Below, in pieces: positions 46,940 to 56,305 of a DNA stretch of 64,000 bases; position 1 is the first letter of the stretch; each line of letters starts with the position of its first letter. Below the pieces are notes generated by a model. It was not told the DNA's origin, ran no database searches, and saw only the letters and a program-made list of their open reading frames with translations. A program made the translations under genes and the position numbers. Where the stretch lies: positions 213,445-277,444 of the IMG/VR virus record IMGVR_UViG_3300034072_002211, one strand, 5' to 3'.

Positions 46940-48262
46940 TTATGTGACGCGGACCTTATCGTCAAGATATCGCTGACCCATATCCAACTCACTTAGGTAG
47001 TGGCAGTTGAGCATATAGGGGCGAAGAACCTCTGGAATCATGACGTCATCGGTCGTCTGGTAATTCTCCAGAACCGCAACCAAAGTGCGACCAACCGCCA
47101 AGCCAGAGCCATTTAGCGTGTGGGCGTAGAACGTCTCGCCATTGACCTTATAGCGGGTGTTCATACGACGCGCTTGGAAGTCGCCGCAGTTCGAGACGCT
47201 GCTGATCTCGCGGTAGGTGTTCTGGCCAGGAAGCCAGACCTCGATGTCGTAGGTCTTCTGTGCGCTGAACCCCATGTCGCCCGCGCACAATAGCATCGTG
47301 CGATAGGTCAGGTCCAACTTGGCCAGGATCTGCTCCGCGGCGTTGAGCATATAGTCATGCTCATGAGCACTCTGCGAAGGCTCACAGACAGTCACGAGTT
47401 CGACCTTTTGGAACTGATGCTGTCGGATAAGCCCGCGCGTGTCTCGGCCCGCAGAGCCCGCCTCTGAGCGATAGCAATCGGTGAGAGCCACGTAGCGATG
47501 CCGCCCACCCAAAAGGATCTGATCCGCATGAATGTTAGTCAGGCTGACTTCAGCCGTGGGGATCAGGAACTGAGTGGGTTCACTTGCTCCATCCTCATCA
47601 GCAATACCAAAGAGATCCTCTTTGAACTTGGGCAGTTGCCCCGTTCCGTAAAGAGCTTCCTCGTTGACGATGGTGGGAGGGATGACCTCACGGTAGCCGC
47701 GCTTGATCTGTTCATCCAGCATGAACTGTCCGAGAGCACGATGTAGTCGAGCCACCGGACCCTGAAGCATTGAGAAGCGCGAGCCGCTGATCTTTGCCGC
47801 CGCGTCAAAACCCAGATCGACTTGATCCAGTTCATAATGCGGTGTGCCATCCCTTGCGCCGACCTTGCCCCAGCGACGGACTTCCACGTTACTGGTCTCG
47901 TCCGTGCCATCTGGCACATCAGCCGCAGGCACGTTGGGACACATGATCAGGAATGCCTCGAGCATCTCTTCAGCGTGAGTTGCCTGAGCAGCCCACATTG
48001 TTTCATTTTGCTTGAGAAGCTTCACCAACTCCTTGAGGGCGTCAGCTGAAGCAGTATTACCCTCCTTCATGGCTTTGCCAATTTCCTGACTCTTGGCCTT
48101 GATTAGGCTGCGAGTGTCCTGAAGCCTCGTGAGCGCATCGCTACGGCGGCTTGCGAACTGCTGGATCTTGTCGATGTGGGGATCGTGCCCGCGGCGCTTC
48201 ATAGCAGCCACGAACTCATCCGGCTTAGCCAGGATGCCCTTGACGTCAAAGTGATACTTCAT
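46940..48262 (-). CDS. serS: seryl-tRNA synthetase
   Basis: GTGQLPKF, PTAEV, CYRSEAG, HQFQKVE, YREISS, HTLNGSGLAVGR. Confidence 0.97.
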   Translation of the reverse strand: MKYHFDVKGILAKPDEFVAAMKRRGHDPHIDKIQQFASRRSDALTRLQDTRSLIKAKSQEIGKAMKEGNTASADALKELVKLLKQNETMWAAQATHAEEMLEAFLIMCPNVPAADVPDGTDETSNVEVRRWGKVGARDGTPHYELDQVDLGFDAAAKISGSRFSMLQGPVARLHRALGQFMLDEQIKRGYREVIPPTIVNEEALYGTGQLPKFKEDLFGIADEDGASEPTQFLIPTAEVSLTNIHADQILLGGRHRYVALTDCYRSEAGSAGRDTRGLIRQHQFQKVELVTVCEPSQSAHEHDYMLNAAEQILAKLDLTYRTMLLCAGDMGFSAQKTYDIEVWLPGQNTYREISSVSNCGDFQARRMNTRYKVNGETFYAHTLNGSGLAVGRTLVAVLENYQTTDDVMIPEVLRPYMLNCHYLSELDMGQRYLDDKVRVT

Positions 48263-48339
48263 AGTGCCAGCTTGCTTCCAAATTGGAATAGAGTCAACCA
48301 TTCATGGCGAAGCCCCGGAGCGTCCTCCGGGGCTTGCTC

Positions 48340-48576
48340 TTACTTCACGAAGTTGGGCTGACCTTCCTTCACGGTCCAAGTAAGCTGGATCCAACCCGCT
48401 GGAATGTAGTGCGACTTACCGTCGGCGCTGAAGATCCGATGACCTCCCGAGTCGCTGACGCTGAGCTGCTCGGGGTTCTGAATCTTCACGAAACCCTTGC
48501 TGCCGAAGTTGTAGACGCGTTCAGCCTCGCTGCTGATATCAGTGAACTTGAGGCCGCTTTCATTCTTGAATGCCAT
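48340..48576 (-). CDS. conserved hypothetical phage protein
   Basis: GGAGA RBS; flanked by terminator hairpins. Confidence 0.75.
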   Translation of the reverse strand: MAFKNESGLKFTDISSEAERVYNFGSKGFVKIQNPEQLSVSDSGGHRIFSADGKSHYIPAGWIQLTWTVKEGQPNFVK

Positions 48577-48653
48577 AGTAATCTCCTATTCTAGTAATCC
48601 CGTAGGACACCAGAGTTTAACAGAATAGGAGACTGTGGGTCAGTATTCATGGC

Positions 48654-48683
48654 GAAACCCAGACCGTTTCTGGTCTGGGTCTC
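48654..48683 (-). terminator. terminator hairpin downstream of GOLLD-like RNA
   Basis: GAAACCCAGACC/GGTCTGGGTCTC. Confidence 0.6.
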
Positions 48684-48699
48684 ATAATGTGGTCACCCT

Positions 48700-49735
48700 G
48701 AGAATGTCGGGTGACCGTCCCGGTCTCTGCGGATTATTCCCTGGATCCTACTCCAGGTATTCCCGCTCACTCCATCACCCTTGCGGGTGTAACCGGTCGT
48801 GCCGCCGTTTTTAACGTCAGGCAGTAGACGTGTCACCATATGCTTTTCGACAGTTTCCACCACACCTGCCTTCGGGGCAGTTAAGGCTTGCGGGCCCTAT
48901 ATGGCTTTCTCTATCAACAACGTCTGGATTGGGTACCAGCTCGCCGCCCTAGTTAGCTTGCGCCCCAGGGATTAGGCACTTTCGAGGTTTCCCTCATACA
49001 CATGGCCGAGTCAGGCTTTCCGTTTTTGACAGCAATGTCCAATATGCTATTACCTGCTAGGAGGTAACCCAGAGAGAAGTGCTGACTCAGTAGTTCCAAG
49101 GCCTTTTGAACCTCAGAATGCTACACTCCTCGTATCGTTCGGCTTGCGGGCCTACTAAATCGGTTTACAGGACTTGTCTGGCTTTTTACACCAACCAAAC
49201 CCTTTGACCTGCCATGAGCCCTAGGCGCGACCCTCGGACAACATGACTACCTCTTGCCACTCGATAGTAAACCTGTTTGAGTAGAGGACGCTGGGGTTAC
49301 AAGGCCCCATTCACCGGCCGCTCGTCGCCACCGGGATTATCGTGCTTTCGCACGGCAGTCGTTCTCAGGTCGTCCTACCTACTGCCACTGCTCCTTGGGA
49401 GAGCTTGACAGTCCCTCTTTTGGAGGGCAGGTGAGGATGCGTGTATTGATCCGAACCGAAGCCCGGACGGCTGGGGATGGGTCCCTTCACCACTTACTTG
49501 GGTTACCCCAAGCTACCACCACACGCGGTAATCTCTTGAAACTTTCGAGTCTCCAACTTAACACCGAAGTGTTTCGCCGTCAACTAAAAAGTTTCCGATC
49601 GATCCCTCTGCGGCGCCACACTCCCCTCGACCAGCTATCTCTGCTTCACTTAGACTGAGGATCCTTTCGGAAACCCCAGGCCTTGTTCTGCTCCTGCTGA
49701 CCTTCGAGGTGTGTAGCACCGCGTTGGTCTCATCG
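48700..49735 (-). ncRNA. GOLLD-like giant ornate RNA, ~1030 nt
   Basis: ORF-free; TTGACG promoter at 49757-49762; many GCAA/GAAA/CAAAAG hairpins; 3' motifs CGAAAGTGCCTA, CCGCAAG..TTAA, GACCGGTT, GGAATAATCC match my recollection of GOLLD. Confidence 0.7.
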
Positions 49736-49784
49736 TTCTATGTTCAACCAGTGTCTGCGTCAACAACAAAAATGCCATCCCGCA

Positions 49785-49968
49785 AACTTTTTTCTCCTCC
49801 AGGAGAAAACCAGGGTCCATAGACGTTTTGGGCCCCCAAGAGAGTTGAATCTCCTGGGGACCCATCGTGGGAGTTTCCTCCTACGTCCCTCTGCGTCTGC
49901 TCCGGTTCGAGTGTCTGGCTCACGAAGTCCAGCTGACCTTACCTTAGCGTCTGCGTTGGTTCATAACA
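49785..49968 (-). ncRNA. small RNA paralogous to the 5' end of the giant RNA
   Basis: Own TTGACG promoter; four collinear shared blocks. Confidence 0.6.
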
Positions 49969-50034
49969 TCTAGCTTTGCGACCCACAGGACGTCAACAAC
50001 CCTTTTTCAAAGAACTGTGGACAACTCTGTGAGA

Positions 50035-50845
50035 GATGCCATGGGCCCGACACCGAAGTGCCGAGCCCACGAAATGTAATGTGCTTGCCTGTGAAAAACA
50101 AGCTTTACACTGGTGTGTTCACCGAGCCGAGATCAACAGAACGCTGAGGCGCTTGGCCAATGGAACCGTTGTCTTGTGTGGTAGTGGCAGGCGAAGCAAT
50201 GGCGCCGTTGTCGCCGAACAGGAATTTGAATGGTCGGAACAAAAGCTTGCCTTGACCGGACAGCTTGTGGAGCGAGAGTCTAATCATGCTACTATTTATG
50301 CTGATAGGTTTAGAGCTCCTGGAGCCGAAACCCCAGGAGCTCAACCAGTTGACCGAAGTCTCTTGGTATTAGAGTAGGTTTCCAGCATAGGTCCAAAGAC
50401 CACTAAGTTGGTTCCTTGCTCTAACGTCGGTTTAGGGGATAGCTAACCGAAATCAACTATCCCCAACCGACAACAAGCCGAAGCCTGCTGTGGTCTCTGT
50501 GCCAGTGTCTGGAGGTTAGCCGAAGCCACACCATCGCAGTCTTTACACAAAGCCGGTTCTGGGACCCTAGTAGGCCGAAGCTTTCCAGGGTCCCAACCGA
50601 GCAAACCGAAGTTTGCTGGCTTTTGTGTAGGGTTCTGCTGTTGCTATGATCGGGCCCGAAAGCCGTCTCAGGGAGTTCAGCAGTCCTTTCACAAAACTCG
50701 GGTTTAGACCAGCTGGGTGTTCATCCGAAGATTACTAGCGCCAGCTGGTCAACCGATGAAAACCGAAGTCTTCATGGTCTCGAAAGTGTTTTGCCGCTGA
50801 GAACAAAACCGAAGTTCTGCGTCATCATTAGCATCTGCGCTTCCG
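50035..50845 (-). ncRNA. ~800-nt RNA with four tandem UUCG-capped structural repeats
   Basis: About 11 c(UUCG)g or UUUCG hairpins; repeated GGTTG..CTAAACC helix; G-U pairs favour the minus strand. Confidence 0.65.
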
Positions 50846-50911
50846 ATGCTCGCTATGTATGTGACCCGTCCGTGCCGCGCAAGAACTTTTTACAGGACAA
50901 TTACGATTTTG

Positions 50912-50932
50912 TGTGAATAAGATTGTGGATAA
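50912..50932. promoter_or_regulatory. two tandem DnaA boxes
   Basis: TGTGAATAA 50912-50920 and TGTGGATAA 50924-50932; another TTATTCACA at 51303-51311. Confidence 0.5.
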
Positions 50933-50933
50933 C

Positions 50934-51284
50934 TTAGGACGGATCCGTGAAGACCCAGCCTGACTGGCTTGCTCTCTCGACGAGCATTTCGGAGAATCGC
51001 TCCATGACCTCATCTCCGTCCATGTTACAAGGCCAGTGGGCATCAGCATATTCCAGCCCGATAGCATCCATGAGATAGCCGCGCTCATATGTGTCGAGCG
51101 AGGGCGGACCCCATTTGAGAATCAGCGAGCCGCTATAGCCGGTAATGAGAAGACGCATCAGCCGAGGATGCTTCATAATGATCGCTGCGAGCAACGCTCG
51201 ATTGGGCGCGATCAATCCACGCTCTTTGAGGGTGTTGTCACACACCTCCAGGTGCTGGGCGCTCAACGTGGATAATCGCGGCAT
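50934..51284 (-). CDS. hypothetical protein
   Basis: ORF with promoter. Confidence 0.65.
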   Translation of the reverse strand: MPRLSTLSAQHLEVCDNTLKERGLIAPNRALLAAIIMKHPRLMRLLITGYSGSLILKWGPPSLDTYERGYLMDAIGLEYADAHWPCNMDGDEVMERFSEMLVERASQSGWVFTDPS

Positions 51285-51641
51285 CCCTGTTACCTTTTCC
51301 AGTTATTCACAGTTTGTGGTAACATAGGTGGAGAGGCTGTCAACCAGGAATGTCGTCCGGGGCAGGTTGCCCTACCGGCGGCATGGACGGCCATCCTTCC
51401 ACCCCCTCGCGGGCCGGACGTGCTCCCCCGCCGACCCGGGTCGCAAGCGTAATCGGCGGGTTAGATGCTATCTGCTAGAAACCACCGCAACAAAATATGC
51501 GTAAAACCACGTAGCGCGCTCGCAAGGAAACGACCCCGACTTTTTTATCGTCGGGGTCGCCTCTGCAATGGTTCGTTGCTATCTCAGGGAGGTCGGATAG
51601 CAGAAGTGCTATTAAGCGTGACGCGCTTTAGCGTCAAGCGT

Positions 51642-52061
51642 TCACTTCTTGAAATCTGTCCCCGTCCGGCACCCGCGCTGGCCGCCCTTACCGTCAGGGC
51701 GAGGAATGAACACCAGTGCCATGCCGGTCTTATATGAGGAGTCTTCCTTTTCGAGGAACTCACAGCCCGTGGCCTTGTCCCTGTAGATGTAGACTCCGGC
51801 GTCTGCCTCGGACCCCACGACCTCGAAAGGATAGCTGGCTCGTTCTGCTGCTTCGTCAGCCGCCTGCTGGTTCATCATATCCGATGAACTCTGGTCGAGC
51901 TCTTCCTCGGTCATGTTGCCCGTCGGTGACTGGGCGTTGCCCAGCAGCTCTACCTCTTCCTGAGGCAAGAGGGTAGCTTGATCGATCGGCTGGACCGGGT
52001 CGGGTTGCTTGTTACAAGCCGCCAGAGCTACCAGGCCAGCGAGAACAACGATCTTCTTCAT
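51642..52061 (-). CDS. lipoprotein
   Basis: LAAC lipobox; YRDKATGCEFL. Confidence 0.75.
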   Translation of the reverse strand: MKKIVVLAGLVALAACNKQPDPVQPIDQATLLPQEEVELLGNAQSPTGNMTEEELDQSSSDMMNQQAADEAAERASYPFEVVGSEADAGVYIYRDKATGCEFLEKEDSSYKTGMALVFIPRPDGKGGQRGCRTGTDFKK

Positions 52062-52070
52062 GGATCCTCC

Positions 52071-52451
52071 TTAGCCCCGCGGAACAGAGAACGTGATCTC
52101 CAGGCGGGTGCTGGGATCCTCGCAATAGGCTTCATAGTAGGTCTCGGTGTCCACGTAGGACATCACAGCCTCGCCAGCTTCCAAGACGAGCTTGATGCCC
52201 ATGAGCTTCTTCATGTCTTCGCGGTTGAGCGTCGACACGGTGAAGGTCACCTGCGAGGTGCCTACTGACGATGTTTGGATGTAGAGTTCGAGGCGTTCCG
52301 AGAGGTAACGCTTCTGCGCTTCAGCTTGAGTTTGCGGGCGGCGCAGATACATGGAACCGTTGGGCTTCTTAGCCTGCTCCTCGGTCCACTTCGCAAGCCA
52401 CTCCACGGTGGCCTTTGCCATATTGATTTTCATCAACGCCTCCTTTCGCAC
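52071..52451 (-). CDS. hypothetical protein
   Basis: ORF with promoter. Confidence 0.65.
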   Translation of the reverse strand: MRKEALMKINMAKATVEWLAKWTEEQAKKPNGSMYLRRPQTQAEAQKRYLSERLELYIQTSSVGTSQVTFTVSTLNREDMKKLMGIKLVLEAGEAVMSYVDTETYYEAYCEDPSTRLEITFSVPRG

Positions 52452-52486
52452 CTGGATCTAACACCAGGTGAGGAGGTGTCAACCGC

Positions 52487-52867
52487 TTATACGAAGCGAG
52501 CCCGCTGAAGCAGCAAGGCCGTGAGTTCGGCCATATTGGCCACGCCCATCTTGCGATAGATTTTGCTGATGTGGACACGAACAGTGGATATCTGGGTGCC
52601 AGTTGCCTCGCTGATCTTGTCAGCGGTGTTACCATCCACAAGCAGGTTCAAGACCCGATACTCGGCAGGGCTGAGCTTGAATTCACCTTTGACCCACTCC
52701 AGGTCATATGGCTTATCGAAAACAACCAGGACCTCTTTGAGTAGGTCTTTGGTTTCGCGGTCAGGTGCCACCTTTATGAAGGAGGCAACTCTGTCTCGGA
52801 TCCCTGCCATATGCGGAACCTCAGCCGGAGCCATCGATGCCATTTCAACCTTCATGATCATTATCAA
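52487..52867 (-). CDS. LuxR-type HTH regulator
   Basis: LSPAEYRVL.L...G...KI......STVRVHISKIYRKMGV. Confidence 0.9.
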   Translation of the reverse strand: MIMIMKVEMASMAPAEVPHMAGIRDRVASFIKVAPDRETKDLLKEVLVVFDKPYDLEWVKGEFKLSPAEYRVLNLLVDGNTADKISEATGTQISTVRVHISKIYRKMGVANMAELTALLLQRARFV

Positions 52868-52938
52868 TTGTTCATATTGAACAGTTTGGTCACCTTGTCA
52901 AACAGAATTTCAATTTAATCCGTTAGTTTGACGCAGAA

Positions 52939-53958
52939 TTACCAATTACAAGCGATTGCCCATCGCCTGTCATGCAGGATTTTGTTAAGGTCGTGACCAA
53001 AGTCCAGTGCGGTTGCTTCCATTCTCTTGGCTTCTTCTCCTGTCGCAACTCGCCCAGCACTTGCCATAGCCCGGTGACAAAAGCCGATTATCTCACTGTG
53101 ACGCTTGACGAATTCCTCGATTCTGAACTTGGCCCACCATTGCTCGCTATGGAAATATCGCTCAGGGATCCAAGTAGAGATATAAACCGTTGTGGCCCCT
53201 GGCTTGCCATTGAACTCAGAGGACGTTAGCGATTCATATGGCGACTGCTCTACCTTGGTTTCCTTGATGCCATCGACGAATCTGGCATTGTGGAAACCCC
53301 AACCATGCTGATTGACATGCGTTTCTGTGAAGCTCATCTTGGCCAATAGAGCGCCGCCAGAGAAGGGAATGAGCATATTGTGGCCCAGCTCATCGCCCAG
53401 ATAGTGGTGGGCGAGAGCAAACGTATTGGCGTATTGAAGCCACTCTTCGATGTTTTCCGAGAGGTAGCGCAGTGGTTCTCTGTTCACGAGACCACGTTGG
53501 ATCATGCGGTAGAGGGTGTGTTCGTTGACCACCACAAAGCTGCTGAGCCAATCAGCGACGATCTTCTTTCGTCCTACCGTGACATTGGCATGCTTGAGAT
53601 CTAGGTAGTTCTCGCGCCGCTCAGCGATCTCGGGATTGTTGGGCTCGGTCATTGCCATGAGCACATGATCCCAGAAGAACATGGAATCTTGGATGGTGCT
53701 CGGACCATCCTCTTCGATGCGAACTTTTCCCGACGTGACTCCGAAACCGTTCAGCTTGTCTTGTAGCTGCGAAACCAGCTTACGTCGGGTGAGCTTTTGT
53801 TTGGTTTCGCCCAGCGAGCCCCTGGAATAATAGCCGCCACCCGGTGGGCGAATCAGATCTGCGAATGTCTTCTCGATGCGCTCAGGGCGCTTTTTACCAA
53901 GAAGACGCAGTTCCTCTTTGACGAGGCCCCACGCCAACTTGTCATACTCTTCGCGCAC
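52939..53958 (-). CDS. hypothetical protein
   Basis: 339-aa ORF with RBS. Confidence 0.7.
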   Translation of the reverse strand: MREEYDKLAWGLVKEELRLLGKKRPERIEKTFADLIRPPGGGYYSRGSLGETKQKLTRRKLVSQLQDKLNGFGVTSGKVRIEEDGPSTIQDSMFFWDHVLMAMTEPNNPEIAERRENYLDLKHANVTVGRKKIVADWLSSFVVVNEHTLYRMIQRGLVNREPLRYLSENIEEWLQYANTFALAHHYLGDELGHNMLIPFSGGALLAKMSFTETHVNQHGWGFHNARFVDGIKETKVEQSPYESLTSSEFNGKPGATTVYISTWIPERYFHSEQWWAKFRIEEFVKRHSEIIGFCHRAMASAGRVATGEEAKRMEATALDFGHDLNKILHDRRWAIACNW

Positions 53959-54010
53959 CGTTCGATCTCCAATTGCGCTAAAGCTTTAGCACCAAGGAGA
54001 CCCCTGTCAA

Positions 54011-54868
54011 TCAGAACGAGAACGTCTTACCGATCATCCTGGATGCGAGGATTGCCATGCGCTCGTTGACGAGATCCTCGAGACTGGCAAGCATCTCATC
54101 CAAGCGTTCCAACGGAACCTTGCGCTTGGTGAGATCCTGATCAGCACCATAACCCCAGTCCATCTGAACCGCGGGATGGCGCTTAAAGTTCTTGGTGTGG
54201 CCGAGTTCCTCGATACCAGACTCCGACCACTTCTTCAGTCGGAAGCGACCAGTGTGGAGAAACTGCGCGAAGGCTTCAGCGAAAATGTCCAGCTCATTGG
54301 AGATCAGCTTGTCCCGCGCACTCTTCATCGTGAAAAGCCAGTTGGCCATGAAGCCAATGGTATAGCGGTTACCATCGAAGCAAGTGAAGGAACCGTCCTT
54401 GATATATTTGGCGCGGATGCTACCCTGATAGTGAACACCATAGGCCTCAGTCCAGACATCATCCAGGCCGGCGAACAACTCGAATTCAGGACCTTGGTTG
54501 CGAGGGAAGGTGGAATCAAAGGTGCCCACGGCATCCCCCGTGGCCATTGCGTGACTGAGCCGATGAAACATGATCCATGAGGTCATGGGGATCCAGTTCT
54601 TCTCAGTGGTCACGTTGTTACAGAGGACCAGATTGACCTTGTCCTCGTGAACAGGCTGCTCGGAAACCAGTGCCCTCATGTCCCTGAGAGCCCCTACGAG
54701 AACCGTGACGTTGAAGGGGTAAACAGAGCGCTCGAGGTTGCGACGAACCTTCTTCATGGCCTTCTGTGAGTCAAAGAACTCGAAGTCGCCGGGATGCCAG
54801 TTACCACCGGGGCGGCTACGTGCGCGCTCCTTGGGATCAATGATCTTAACTGACAAGCAGGACTTCAA
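54011..54868 (-). CDS. hypothetical protein
   Basis: ORF with GGAGATC RBS; HR..H motif. Confidence 0.7.
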   Translation of the reverse strand: MKSCLSVKIIDPKERARSRPGGNWHPGDFEFFDSQKAMKKVRRNLERSVYPFNVTVLVGALRDMRALVSEQPVHEDKVNLVLCNNVTTEKNWIPMTSWIMFHRLSHAMATGDAVGTFDSTFPRNQGPEFELFAGLDDVWTEAYGVHYQGSIRAKYIKDGSFTCFDGNRYTIGFMANWLFTMKSARDKLISNELDIFAEAFAQFLHTGRFRLKKWSESGIEELGHTKNFKRHPAVQMDWGYGADQDLTKRKVPLERLDEMLASLEDLVNERMAILASRMIGKTFSF

Positions 54869-54930
54869 AGTCGATCTCCTCTGGTTTCCTACGCTCTAAC
54901 ACCAGTTTGGTGTTTGTCAACCAGACACGG

Positions 54931-54960
54931 AGAAGCCCGGCCGTTTCCGACCGGGCTTCT
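54931..54960 (-). terminator. intrinsic terminator
   Basis: AGAAGCCCGG/CCGGGCTTCT. Confidence 0.65.
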
Positions 54961-54963
54961 TAG

Positions 54964-55037
54964 CATCGGGGGATGGACTCGAACCACCGCCTAGCGCAGC
55001 TTCACGCCGCACCGCTCTACCACTGAGCTACCCCGAT
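54964..55037 (-). tRNA. atypical tRNA, identity undetermined
   Basis: Good D and T arms; loop CGTGAAG lacks U33; ends CTA rather than CCA. Confidence 0.65.
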
Positions 55038-55162
55038 ATATTCGGGTAGGGAACTTGCTGTCTTCCGACTCTGGGTCCCTACCCTAGAAAGTGCGTCGCT
55101 AGGCTTGCACAATCTCTGTGTCTGTTGATAGAGGGTTCTGGACCATCCGTCAACAACTATTT

Positions 55163-55852
55163 TCAGTCGTCGTTCGAAACGCCGACAAAGCGCAGGATGA
55201 AGAGGAACATATTCAGGAAGTCGAGGTAGAGGTTCAGAGCCCCCATGACCACGATACGTCCCTGAGTGTCACCGTCCAGGCGGGGCGTGTAGGCTTCCTT
55301 GAGCGTCTGCGTGTCCCACGCGGTCAGACCGGCGAAGATCAGGATACCCGCAATGCCGATGAACAGGTTCAGACCCGTGCTGGGAATGAAGATGTTCAGG
55401 ATCATGAGCGCCAGCAGACCGAACAGCGCGAACACCAGGAACGCACCGATGGGGCCGAGGTTACGCCGGGTCGTATAGCCGTAAAGCGAACAGCCTGCGA
55501 AGCCCACCGCGCTAGCCAGGAAGGCCATGAGGATGGAACCGCCGGTGTAGCGGCTCAGGATCACCGACAGACCGAGGCCCTCGATGACCACGAACGACCA
55601 GTAGAGAGTGTGGAGGGTGGCCAGCTTCATGCGCTCGACACCGAGGCTCATTGCGAGCACCAGACCAAGCGGCGAGAGCGCCACCAGCCAGAACAGGAGA
55701 CCACCCTGCTTGAGGGTATCGACCAGGCCGCTCGCAGTGGCGAACCACGCCGCGCCGGCGCTGACCAGGAGACCCGTGAGCATCAGATTGTAGATGCTCG
55801 TCATATAGTTGCGAAGACCCTGGTCATAGGTCTCGCCGCGAGTGAGTTCCAT
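55163..55852 (-). CDS. Bax inhibitor-1/YccA family membrane protein
   Basis: Seven TMs; FAGLTAWDTQ.LK, ALNLYLDFLNMF. Confidence 0.95.
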   Translation of the reverse strand: MELTRGETYDQGLRNYMTSIYNLMLTGLLVSAGAAWFATASGLVDTLKQGGLLFWLVALSPLGLVLAMSLGVERMKLATLHTLYWSFVVIEGLGLSVILSRYTGGSILMAFLASAVGFAGCSLYGYTTRRNLGPIGAFLVFALFGLLALMILNIFIPSTGLNLFIGIAGILIFAGLTAWDTQTLKEAYTPRLDGDTQGRIVVMGALNLYLDFLNMFLFILRFVGVSNDD

Positions 55853-55910
55853 TTAGTGATTTACCTCCATAAGAACCATGTTGCCATGATAATGGAGGTT
55901 CACCTAACTG

Positions 55911-56294
55911 TCAACCTAGGTTGTTGAGCACCACGATAGCGGCCACGATCCAAGCGCCGTAGATCCAGTTGTTCCACTTCAACCGGCGTTCAATCCGGCT
56001 CCACTCGTTCAGGGAGTTCTGACAACGCTGGCTGTGGTCTAGGTCCTCGCCGCCTTTGATCGTATATTTGCCAGTTGCGCTATTGTAGCTCATGCTGAAC
56101 GATGGACGGCTGAAATGCTTGCGAGAATTCTCACGCGCGGCATTCTCACCATCGGTGTCGTAGCAGATGTTCATCATGATACGCATACCAAAATACATGA
56201 TCGTGCCGATACAGGCAAAGATCAGAACTTCTTGGCGGTCCATACCTTGGAGCCAACCCAGGGCTCCGACGAAGAGGAGGAAGATCACATACAT
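55911..56294 (-). CDS. membrane protein
   Basis: Three TM segments; start moved to ATG 56294, past the Y RNA. Confidence 0.55.
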   Translation of the reverse strand: MYVIFLLFVGALGWLQGMDRQEVLIFACIGTIMYFGMRIMMNICYDTDGENAARENSRKHFSRPSFSMSYNSATGKYTIKGGEDLDHSQRCQNSLNEWSRIERRLKWNNWIYGAWIVAAIVVLNNLG

Positions 56295-56305
56295 CGATCT
56301 GGGAT

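Noticed and set aside
48700-49735. rRNA fragment, or ORFs 49395..49658 and 49650..49865
   Set aside because: No 16S/23S universal motifs; the ORFs lack RBS and phage codon bias
50035-50845. CRISPR or TIGR array, or N4-type GAA DNA hairpin promoters
   Set aside because: No identical direct repeats, box C/D motifs or cas genes; stems pair properly only around minus-strand UUCG loops, not plus-strand GAA loops
51345-51580. Additional ncRNA
   Set aside because: Several GC hairpins, but these are explicable as terminators; insufficient support
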